Positions 16,928 to 28,959 of a stretch of 64,000 nucleotides of DNA are shown piece after piece. Where the stretch lies: NCBI GenBank assembly GCA_012295275.1, contig CM022665.1:5642001-5706000 (forward strand), in the 5' to 3' direction. The notes under the pieces were generated by a model. That model saw only the letters and a list, made by a program, of their open reading frames with translations. It was not told the DNA's origin and did not search any database. How positions within the stretch are numbered: the stretch's first letter is position 1; every line of letters starts with the position of its first letter. Source of the DNA: Chrysomallon squamiferum. Its lineage: Eukaryota; Animalia; Mollusca. A program made the translations under genes and the position numbers.

Positions 16928-19900
16928 GTGTGTGTGTGTGATTATTTTCAGGTGTTTTTTTGTGTGTCTTTCTTTCTTTCTTTAATTATTATTATTTTAT
17001 TTTTTTATTTTTATTATTATTATTATTATTTTTTTTTTTTTTTTACTTGTTCTGTTTTTTGATTTAGACGCAGTGATGTTGAGGTCGACAGCGTAGAATG
17101 TCTAAAGCTGGACGACGCTTTGGCTAGATCTGACGTTGATGCCGTGTTAATATGCACAGAGTCTGGTTCGCACGAAGAATACATCAGGTATAATTAAATA
17201 CATTTATTGTGTTATCAACAATACAAGTGAAAAAGAAAATTATCATAATGACAATAAACAGAGTTCAGGATTAAACAGAAAATCAGATGTAATGATCGGG
17301 ACATTATCGAGAACAGTTCATAATTTTATATTATGTCAGGGACCATTTCTTTTCTTTTTAATGTGTAGCGGAGTAATATTCAGAATAACAAGACAAAATT
17401 GTATTTAGATGATAACTGAAAAATATAAAGGCTCATATATGAGCTGATGTTATATCACCAGTGTATATTATTATTCAGTGAATATAAATAATTTTTCAGG
17501 AAAGCCCTAGATCACAACAAACACATTCTTGTGGAATATCCAGTAGCTTTATCGATGTCGAAAGCGAACGAATTCTACATGGAAGCCAAGAATAAAGGTT
17601 AGAAGAAAAATAGATAATAATTAATATTCTTGTATTTTATCAAGTGATGAACTGTTTGAAACGTACTTGCATATAAGGACTAAGCACACAGCCGAAACAT
17701 ATAGTTGGTTTAGCCATGACTGCGTTAACTATACTTCTGTCAAGGGAAAAAAGATGTTAAAATTCGGTATTGCCGTTTTTTATATATTGAGTACAATCCT
17801 AAGTGGGATGATGATGATGATAATAACTAGCTTACATCTGACGATTAAAATATCAAATAACATTGCTAGATATCGAAGATAAGATAAAAATTGCATCATT
17901 TACTATGGTTCATTTATAATGATGTTGATAACGATGGTGAAATAATTGCCTGCTATAATAATAATAAACAAGAAAAAAAGATTAAAAAAAACAAACATTC
18001 TCAGGCATATATTTACAACATATAACTTCAGTGATTCTACAAAGCGACCAACATTCATTTTATTATTTTTTTTCCTCATTACATTATAATTGACTTTCCT
18101 TTGACAAAGAACTGTTTCTATGGAAACGACGTTTTTCCAATATGCTCAGAGAGGTCCTTTCACTTCGACAGAAACGAGATAACAAGATCTGAAAGGAATT
18201 TATTTTAAGACAGCCATGCTGACGGTTGGATTAACTGCGCTGATGTGATAACTAGACGACCTTCAGTTCACGAAGTAGTTCAAGACTGATTTATTTCTGT
18301 ACTGACATTTCATTTAATTCTGCATCCTAATCTGAACATGATAGTTTGTCCTTGAGCATAATTTGGTATTCGTTTCGTAATAACTGCACGTTTACGTGAT
18401 GGCAGACTCGTAAGCTGGGAGAGATAAAAAGGGGTTGGTTATGGGCTGGCGGATGTTCAGAAAAAAGTCGGTTAGTACACTGACGCAATTTAGGGACGTA
18501 TATTGAATTGTGAATGACATATGTTCACTGATATGAAAGATTTTAACGTGGAGGTGTGGTTGGGCACGCAGGTGATAACCATTTTATACCACAACCTCAT
18601 TCGCATACACATAAAAATAAAAACTGCAATTGCATCCATCATAAAAGATAGCGTATGTTCGTGTGTTAGATATCTAGTATTTTAGGTATTTTTTTTTTTT
18701 ATAACTGTTTGGCTTTGTTTCTGTGAGTGTGTATTTTTAGGTATTGATATTTATAATAACAAAAACAAAAAAAAATAATAAATCAATATTCGGATAGTTT
18801 TAATTTTAGCTTACTATCATTCACGCTTTATTTCTATCATATCTTAGGATTGATTTTGTTTATCTGGATCTGTTTGCGAGTATTGAATATCTAGTTAAAT
18901 AATTAAAATAGTTTGTAAGATATTGTATATATCCGTTTGTTTTAAAAACGCGTACGACTAAGGATGGGCAAAAACAGTGGTAAACATTGGTGCACAGCAA
19001 TAAATTCTGCCCCCTTAACCAAAGAGTTTATGTGTGCCCTTTCTAAAATATTATTTTCTAACTTGAACCACCATGTGAAATCTTTTTATGATATACTGCA
19101 TTATTTAAATTCGTCTTGTGTGAATTAGTCCAAAAAAAAAAAAAAAAAAAAAAACAAACACAACAATATGTATCATTTGAATTAGTCCCATACAAAACGT
19201 TTTTATTTCGGTTAGTCTTACAAAAATGTCTTGTTATATGAATTAGTTTTATGATATACGATATTGTCTGAATTTGTTTCCTGAAATATGTGAATTATTC
19301 TTGTAATCAAATACGTTATATTTGAAATCATCTCATTAAGTGGGTTATTATTTCAGGTTTTTTTTGTTTCATCAAATAAATTATTTTAATACTGTAGTAG
19401 TCTTAAAAGTACGCACAGTTCTGTTTGTAACTTATTTATTTCTGACTGTATGCTAGGTCTTGTCATACACGAAGAGAACATTGCACTTCTGACAGACGAT
19501 CACAAAAGACTGAAAGCCAAAGCACAACAAACCAAATTAAAATCAGGCCAGATTGTTCTGAAAGGTGAGATAGGAATGAAGCAAACTAATTTATTATCGC
19601 ATTAAGAAAATAACAACACGATATTTTATACTGAAACAAATATGATATTTAACATTTCTGATAAAAATCTCGTATCTGAAATTTTTGGAATAATGACATT
19701 TTTAAGTGCCTTCTTGGAATATGTTCTGAGAAATTTAACTTACAGTTTCTTTTTGAAAAGAACAGAGAAAACGTCTCCTTTTAGTAACTTTTTTTTTTTT
19801 TTTTTGTATGATTAAAACGTCCAGCCAAGGATTAAGAGTGGCGTTTTTTTTAAAATTATTTTACCCATAATCCTTCGTTTTCAGAAAAATATTCTAAAAG

Positions 19901-21460
19901 AATCCCCATTTCATAATATACAATATACCTATGGTCATTTTTGTATGCAAAAATAAACTTAGATGAAGAAGTTGGTTAATTTGTTTCTGTAATATTACTG
20001 TCGACTTTGATGCAGGTAGTTTTAACAGATGGTTAGAAGAACTAAACAGGAGTGGAAAACCCTTCACAAACAGCACTGCTGAAATACAGACGTGCATTGA
20101 CGCGTTCGGCGAACTAAAGGCGACGTCTGCTAAAATCGAGAAGCTTGACGACGTCACAAGATCAACGTACGAACTAGAAACAACAAACAGCAAGTGAGTT
20201 CTAGCATTTCTTATATTGATGCTTGGTAAATATTAGATTAACAGTTCGGGTGCTGATGATATTTTTATATAATACATTATTAAATTTTGAAAAGAAGTGG
20301 TTTCCTCTCAAAAATGTTTCAAAATATTAATTTAGTCAGCTACACATGGATATTTAGCTATTCTTTATTAATATTTCTTAAAATTCTTATCACTATATAA
20401 CGCAAAGAAGATCTGGTCCAAAAAAAAGAGGAGAAGATTTGGTCCCTAAAAATATCTGAGCGTGTGAAACCGATATTCTTTTAACGAAACATTTATTACA
20501 ATAAATAACGTCTTAAAATCTTTTTAACACCAGTGGCGTACCTAAGATATGGCAAAAATGGCGCGTTCCCTGGACACCACTTGAACGTGGGGGCGCCACT
20601 AAATACTTTCTATTAAAGCTGACTGATACTTTTTAGCTGATTTTATGGTAAAGTGTTCGGACAGAGACGCATTTTCACTGCTCACCATCGGCGCAATTTT
20701 CCTTAGATTCACCCACGGTTAACACTGATCTAAAAAAAAAAATTTGAATAATATTAAATAAATAAATGATCACAGGAAATAGGAGAATCGTCATAGTCAA
20801 CAAAATGGTGAACATAAATTATTACTTTGCATTATAGAGAAATATCAACCTTTTATCATCATTTTAGGAAAATAAATTGTACGATGGAAAGATATACCGA
20901 GAAAGGTCAACGAAAGAGATGGTTTCAGTTCGATTTTGAAGATGGCGAGAAAATTGAGTCTTCTATTGGAGGCCCTCCTCCTTCTAATCCACAAAAGAAA
21001 GGTAAAATGTATTTTCACGTTTTTCCAATAAAATATTATTATTTATTCATCTACGTCAAGTTTATGCAGATAATGCATCTTATTCTTCTTTTAACCATCC
21101 TTGTCTTTTCTTGTCTTTTTAAAAATAAAATAAAATAAAATACAACGTTATCATGACAGTATATATTTATGACAATGATGGCACCAACAAACGTTTTATG
21201 AAATCCTTTATAAAACCCAATAGATTTTGAACGAAAATGAATATATTAGCTAAATTGTTATTGTATAAATTAAAATAAAATAAGTAAAGAAATTTAGAAA
21301 GAAGCAAACAAACAAACAGACAAATAAATGAATATCGCTAATAATTAATACATTTTTTTAAATAATGAAAAATAAGGAATTTGTTTAATTGGTTATCATG
21401 TGTGCTTTTAAAATGATAAAGATAAATGCCAAAAAATAAAAAATAAATAAAAAATAAATA

Positions 21461-21498
<38 letters not shown>

Positions 21499-21727
21499 TA
21501 ATAATAATGAAATAAAATGACGTTAGTAGACCAAGAAAATAAATGGGAAGTAAGACTATCCAAGCATTTATTTCAATTTAATATATATTTTAATTCCAGG
21601 TCTCTTCATGCAAGATCTCTACTTGTTTGCTGAAAAAATGCGTGGTGAACGGTCAATTGACGATGATATAAAACTCTCACTGCGGGCCCTGGAGATAACG
21701 GACGAACTGAATAGTAAAGTTAAATGA
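16445..21727 (+). CDS. BLVRA: Biliverdin reductase A-like oxidoreductase (Gfo/Idh/MocA fold; 298 aa, 7 coding exons)
   Basis: Exons 16445-16575, 17068-17187, 17500-17597, 19457-19564, 20016-20193, 20868-21001, 21600-21727 (TGA). All introns are GT-AG and in phase, totalling 897 nt, with Kozak-like CACCATGG. Translation: MAPAKVFGVVVIGIGMAGRVRIRDL...LVGFVSRR...[34 protein letters not shown]...GLVIHEENIALL...AFGELKATSA...GLFMQDLYLFAEKMRG. It matches BVR-A hallmarks (FGVVVxGxGxAG, GFVSRR, ESxSHE, KHxLVEYP with Y rather than the EKP of other Gfo/Idh/MocA enzymes, HEE, FGEL). Confidence 0.93.
20531..20717. mobile_element. Degenerate MITE-like element in BLVRA intron 5
   Basis: GC-richer island of about 185 bp starting CAGTGGCGTACCTAAG and ending in the imperfect complement CTTAGATTCACCCACGG. 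The terminal inverted repeat is only partial. Confidence 0.35.
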
Positions 21728-21967
21728 TACGAAAAACCAGTCTAATGTTCTGAAATCTCTGAGCCAACGATTGTGTAAAATTTACATGAAGAATTTAGTT
21801 AAGAGTTTGAACTTGAGTCCAATGTTCGATACTGAGATCGTAATATATTATTACAAGACTAAGACGGAAGATGTAAAGACAAACAAATTATTAAAGAGTA
21901 CAGGGATTCTTACGTTACTTTCTGAAAAATGGCCATAAGCCATCTTATCAAAGAATAGGTGCAGAAT

Positions 21968-21983
21968 AATAAATTTTAATAAA
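21968..21983 (+). terminator. Tandem AATAAA polyadenylation signals of BLVRA
   Basis: AATAAA at 21968-21973 and 21978-21983, about 240 nt after the stop, followed by TG/T-rich sequence. Confidence 0.45.
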
Positions 21984-22107
21984 TGTTTGACGACGTCTCA
22001 AAATTTTATAACATTAATGGTTATAATAATTATGTGTCTGTTTTGTTTTGTTTTATTCATTATGAAATCCTACGTAAAATCCTGTATATTCTGAAAGAAG
22101 GTTAACA

Positions 22108-22131
22108 TATTATTATTATTATTATTGTTAT

Positions 22132-22190
<59 letters not shown>

Positions 22191-22212
22191 TTACTACTAC
22201 TACTACTACTAT
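22108..22212. repeat. Compound (TAT)n/(TAC)n microsatellite
   Basis: Direct reading. Confidence 0.9.
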
Positions 22213-23413
22213 TCATATAAAAGCAAATTGCATATTCTTCATATTTTACGGAAATTAAATAAAGTATAAATGAAATGTTCCTCTTGTATTTATAAGCAAC
22301 TTCCAGCGATACAAATTATACACTCTCCGTGCTATTTTCTGCACACTTGTGAAAAATGTTTGAATTTCTGAAGAAATAGAAACTGGAAGTGAAAATAAGC
22401 AGTCATAGTCTATAATAGATTTCACGGGAGATAACTTGTAAATGCACTATAATGTTAACTGAATTACTTCCCATCTCCAGCAGTTATATGATCAGTGGCA
22501 TTCTTAGAAGTGATACAGACAGGGGTGGTTTCTTTTTTTCTCTCTCCTCTTATTCTACTTTTTATTTATTTTATTTTATTATGTATTTATTTATTTATTT
22601 TTTTTTTTTTTTTTTCCATAAGCTTTCTTTCCTTTTTAGAAGCGTTTTCAAATGCTTGGATAAAAAAACATCTAGCAGCAAAATTTCAAATTATTATTAT
22701 TATTATTATTAAAGCAAAATGTATATTCATTATATTTTGCTAAAATAAAATATTATAAATGAAACGTTCGTCTTGTATTTATAACCAACTTATTATTATA
22801 GAATGTTGCTTTGAGCCTATATATATATTACAAGATATAACAATGAATAACGTTCAATCATTGTAAATATTACTAAAGTAACAGAATATTTATATATATT
22901 TTAGGAATGAATTATGTGATTTAGACCAAATGATACAAAAAGTTTATATATTCAGACTGACACAAAATATTGTGCGTGTTTAGAGATGCATTGTCCAGTT
23001 TAAACTTCTGTTACACATGCCGATTATGGCCGTTCATTGTTTTCGTTTTGATTAAAAATAATACTGTAAATATTTATTATTAGCAGTAGTAGTAGTAGTA
23101 GTTTTTTCTGACATAAAATAGTATTTACTGCTGGGATCTCGAGTTAGGTAGCCTGGAAGGGATTATCAGGAATCCGATAAATCGATGAATGATCACTTCT
23201 GAATCCCCACTCTCCTGCGGCGAAACAGGTACATCGCAAGACAAGACCAGCTCCTGGAACACACACGTCTGCCTGTAGCTACAAGTTACACTTACCTTGA
23301 TTTATTGACGTATAAGTGAAAGCGGGATATGACAAGTTTGGTACAGGTTTCTGACTGATACGTATACTGAAGTGGGGGGGGGAGTATCGTAAAATACCTG
23401 GTGCACACTACCC

Positions 23414-23447
<34 letters not shown>

Positions 23448-24242
23448 TAACTAATGTTGTTTTTTCCGTGCATACCATCTGTATTTTGAGCCAGATGATA
23501 GACAGATAGATATTTTTAATGAAACTCATTTCCTATTTAAAGTTATATGCTTTACGGTAATAGTGACACCCTTTTCCTGAAAATTTTGATCCGCCCCCTG
23601 GACGTGCCTTGTATGTCCTGTTTGCGCAATATTTTTTAGAATGAGCGAATCGTTTTCAAGTCTTATATATATATATATATAGAAACCTTTTGAATTGCTC
23701 GAATTAATTTTACAATTGCACATAAAATTGTATTTATGTTACACTGCGCATATCAAATTGAAAAAAAAAAAAAAAAAAAAAAGTTTAAACCAAAAGCAAA
23801 CAAAAGCGAAGTTAAGTTAAATTAATAAGAGAAAGATTTATGTGTACAAGAGTTATGCACCTCCATTGTTTATTTGTTTGTTGTTGTTGTTGTTGTTGTT
23901 TTGTTTTTGTTTTGTTTTGTTTTGTTTTTAATATTTTATTTATCGGAGTTATCTCCCATCAAAGTTCTTTTCGAAATTTGTTTTAACAGAGCTATATTTA
24001 CACGTCGTATATTTATTACCATAGTGACAAATGAATTATAATATAACATTTAATACTCACGTGGATATAACAAGTATCGTGAGATATTAGGATATTCATG
24101 GCTGTAACTAGACTGTTTTTGAAATGAGACAAAAACTGATGTGTTTGAAGTCAGTCATGTCCTTCATCGCAACGATGTCGGTAGACTTCAAACGGTAACC
24201 GTAGACACAAACAAATTCATTCAGTGGATATCATTACTATCG

Positions 24243-24277
<35 letters not shown>

Positions 24278-24616
24278 CGACCATTGTATTAATTAAAAAA
24301 TAATTAAAAAAAAAAAAAAAAATGTCCATATATATACATATCGAGATACAATTTTTTAGACCATAAAGCTTTAATTCACATAATAATTTATATTTGTTTT
24401 TAGTTACATGTCTAATTATAGTTATTAATTTCAATTTACAAATTGTAAAATACGCGAATAATTTCAAATAAATATAAATTATCATATATAACTTTATAAA
24501 GTTGGACATATTTGGTCTAAGAACCACAGTATTTTATATAGATCTAGTCAAGAGAAATACCTTTCTGTTGTTGTTGACAATGATTTTAAAAGCTAATGGT
24601 TCTTAAGTAGCTGTTA

Positions 24617-24663
<47 letters not shown>

Positions 24664-24829
24664 TGAATAACTGGATGTTTTTGTTTTAATTTGAATGTAT
24701 AGTCAGAGTATAATAAATTTAATTTTCTACTCGTCAAACAATTTGCTTGTGGTTTTTATTTTAGTTAATACATTTTATCATTCTGTTTACTAAATTATTA
24801 ATATTTAATATTTCGAATTCGCTGCACAC

Positions 24830-25407
24830 TTAAGTGTGTTTCGTTTTGATTTACCTTTGAGATCGTTTACCTGTGACAAGTCTGCAAGGGATTTCCGACC
24901 ACTGAAAACGAGGCTATGCGTGACGTCACACTGTCAAAAAGCCCCCACAGGCTGTTTTCAAGTAATGGGCGAGGTTACGAGTAAGCGATATTCGAGTGCC
25001 ACTTTCATCTGTGACTCATACTGGTCGAACACTAAGAACTCGCGACACGGAGCTTGCGTTGTCATTCTGAAATATTTAATGTAAGACACGGGTGGAAATA
25101 GCCGCGTAAACAGAACCTGAACTAAAAACAATCACTCATTTTACAATACCGGTCGCATTGTGGAGACTGCATTACTCGACCCCAGGTCACTTCCAACTAT
25201 CACACACCTCCAAGGAACCCATCAAGAACTGTGCTTCATTCCAGGTGGGGCTATAAGAAGAAGAAAAAAGTTAAAATATTAAAATTATTAGCTGTATACC
25301 GGGATTTTTGTTTTATCAACTGGAGAATGAACTACTAAACAGTGTTTGCGATCGCACCTGACTACACGAATTTTTGAAAACACCGGGCAACAGGCAATTC
25401 GATCGAG
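24830..25407 (+). promoter_or_regulatory. CpG-rich promoter/5' UTR of the FN3 receptor gene, with CRE GTGACGTCAC
   Basis: Elevated CpG density and a palindromic CRE at 24920-24929, upstream of the signal-peptide exon at 25408. Confidence 0.45.
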
Positions 25408-26039
25408 ATGCAGTGTTTATCACTTGTTTGTGTATTGGCTGTTATTTTACAGGTAAGATTTGACCAGGTTAAATTAACATTACTAATTACAATGTACTAG
25501 GAACTCAAATACTAACAACCGACTACTGTTTTGGTAATTACTTAATGGGAAAAACGCGACGTAAATTGCCACACCTTGCCCAGGGCCGTGACGCTGTTCA
25601 GGTGAGAGCACTGAAGAATGGGTGAGGATTTTTTTTGTGTGTGTGTTGGTTAAACAAAAATAATAATAAAAACCGGTCCAAATTAATTTCTCCTGTTATT
25701 CACCTGAGAATTTAATATTGTTAATTTTTTTTTTTTTTTTTTTTTTTTAAATAATAATGAATTAATAAATCTTAATTTTTTTCTTGTTGAAAAGAAAATT
25801 ATCCCATTTTAGTATTTTAATATTCAAATCTAGAAAAATACATTTCAAATTAATTCTTATGTTTATTATTTCTTTTTAAATCCAAATTTTGTATGTTTTG
25901 CATGTCTATAATAATTTTTCTACCTGATAAAAAAATTAATAAAATTTAAGACAATATGGAAAATAACAACAATAATAAATAAGTGAAAAATATCAGAAGA
26001 ATATATATTAAAAAACATTAATCTCTTATAAAGTATTTT

Positions 26040-26102
<63 letters not shown>

Positions 26103-27392
26103 TACACACACACATGATTAATAAACCAAATATTTAATAGTTAAAATTTAGGTATTTATTTTAGTTCAGTTTGATATAATTTATTACTTTAATTTATTTA
26201 CAGTAAAGTTTACTTTAAAAAAATAAAAATAAAAATATTTAAAAAAAAAAAGGAAAAAGAAACTGGTACAGTGAAATCAAATTTGAATATAAATGTCAGG
26301 CTACTTTTTCACTTGAGTTTCACAATGTATAAAAAAATAGTTTTTCTAAACCAGTTATATTAGCAACAACCATGCAAAACAGTCGAATGCATAAACTGGT
26401 TCATTGTGACCTGTGACTTATTAATTTTATTATACAAGGTAACAGAAATGTGTTTAATATTGTATGTGTGGTGTATGTGTGTGTGTACGTGTGTGTGGTG
26501 TATAGTTATGAAGTCACTTATTACTGTTATAATGGTATTTATTTATTTATTTATTTATTTATTATAATTTACTTTTTTTTTCTTACATACCTACCCATTA
26601 GTTGAACTCCATTAGCTAACACATGCAACAACAGATTATTCTTTTAAAGTCTTCTAATTAATTACAATACTTCATTACAAAAACAGAAATCTCTCTCCCC
26701 AGGGACCTGCCCATTAATCCAGTGCGTCATTTTACATTGTTTAACAACTGCAAAGGAATGTTGTTAAAACATTTGTAATACATTTGTGGTTGAACAAAGC
26801 CCCATAGAAGTTGATAAGTTATGAAGGAAAACAAATCAATGTGTTTATACCTGACTTTGGTTGTCACCTGTTGGACTCATAGTGGCTTTAGTAACACCAG
26901 CCTGTATTTACTGCTTCAGCATTGTATTTGACGAAAAACCAATAATAAACAGCTAATAATAATTAAAATGAATAACCAGCTTAATAAATAAATAATAATA
27001 ATAATAATGAAACCAGTTTTCTTGTTTCTGAGACAAAATAAAAGATATATAAAATTATTTTCAAATGATTTTTTTAAATTTTTAATTTTGATAACGTCAG
27101 TGGTGCTTGTCTCCATTGTTATTAATTTATTATTATGAGAAGGTAAATGTAAAATGTCCCTTTATGTCAGCCAGTAAGAGCCAGTACATCTCTGCACCCT
27201 CACAACTCAAAACATGCTTAACATGTAAATAATATTAAATAGTTTTAACATGCAGGCCTATGTAGACAGTGGAGATGTTTTAGGTTTTTTTGTTGATCAT
27301 TGTGCAACATTGTTATACGTATGGGCTTTCATTTTTATTATATGTAATGTATATAGTAAATGTTAATGGATCTAATAATAATAGTGATTTTA

Positions 27393-27456
<64 letters not shown>

Positions 27457-27919
27457 TCACACACACACACACACAATGAATAATAGTAAATTGTATAAAG
27501 TAGTTTGAACTTCTCCTTATCACTATATAAATTATATATACTTATCTCTGCCAGCTGGAACAATGGTGATGGATGATACCACATGATAATATGAAGAACA
27601 TACATGTATATCTGCACATGCTGACATCTTTATTACATAATTAAATATGTCAAAGATAATTTTAAAACATTCAGAGCAAAAGTACCTGATTCCTAGCTAT
27701 AGTGTTATTTTACTTTAACGGTAAAATAAATTTCATCATGATGTATTATTCTTTACATTGAATTATCTACAAATGAAATGATACAAAATATTTTAATTTA
27801 ATTTAAAACTAATAAAATAAATTAATATGTGTGTGTATTTTGAGTGAGTGAATGTGACAGTGTATTAATATGTAAATGAAAGCAATAAGGAGAGGGAGAC
27901 ATTAATTGTATATAACTTA

Positions 27920-27972
<53 letters not shown>

Positions 27973-28920
27973 TTTTTAATGTAAATAGGTATTTTACTGA
28001 TAATAATATTTGTTTTGTTTCCACCCAATAATCAGCTTTTATATTTTATTTTGACAACTATGAAAGAGAAAATGTATATTATTATTAATTTATTGTTTTC
28101 TGGTCTGGGGATGCTATAGTTTAGTTTATTTCTGCCTTTACAGGAGTAATTTTCCTTTCATTTTGTTTGATGGTTAGTTAAATGTACTAATAAATCTTGA
28201 ACATTGTACAACAGTAATGTGATAAATTGTACCACTTCTTCACCTTCTCTGACCCCAGAGTTTGATTTAGTGGCCCTAGTTTTAACCTGGGTTAAGCACA
28301 AACATAATTTGTATTACAAAAGAAAAAGGGAAAAAAAAAGAAAAAAAAAGAGTAGTATCAACATTTTTTTTAAAAACATGATAAATAAATAATATAAATT
28401 TGATATCCAGGCTGAACACAAGAATTCAATGTCAAAACAAACAAACAATAATAATAATAAAAATAATAATATAAATGAATAAAGAATAAAAGAAAAGAAA
28501 AACACCAGCACATTGTCTAACCATTATTTCAATGCTGAAGAATGAATAATTTGGTATTTAAGCTGAACACAATAATTTGATAAAATAATTTTTAAAAAAA
28601 TAAAAAAATAAGATAGAAAGAAAAACAATTTTAAAAAGAAAGAAAAATTATCTTCCTTTTGTTTCAGTGTTAAGAATTACAAGCTCATATAATTCTGCTG
28701 TTGATGTTTGTATAACAATACCTTGACACACATTCTGTCTTTAATTTATTTATGGCTTTTATTGTATTACTTGTCAGACAATTGCTTATTGTGATGCTCA
28801 GGTTTTCAGAGTCTGGAATACGAAGCCATTTAAATGTTGCAGTTCCTTGCACAACTTCGTTCAAGCAAACAGTTAATAAATATATATGCATAGACATTGA
28901 AGATGATGATAGTCACAATA

Positions 28921-28959
<39 letters not shown>

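Noticed and set aside
19894-20193. 99-aa minus ORF
   Set aside because: Antisense shadow of BLVRA exon 5.
23130-23400. CpG-rich patch with a minus-strand AG|GTAAGT donor; possible divergent transcript
   Set aside because: No coherent ORF or exon chain; cannot be supported without RNA data.
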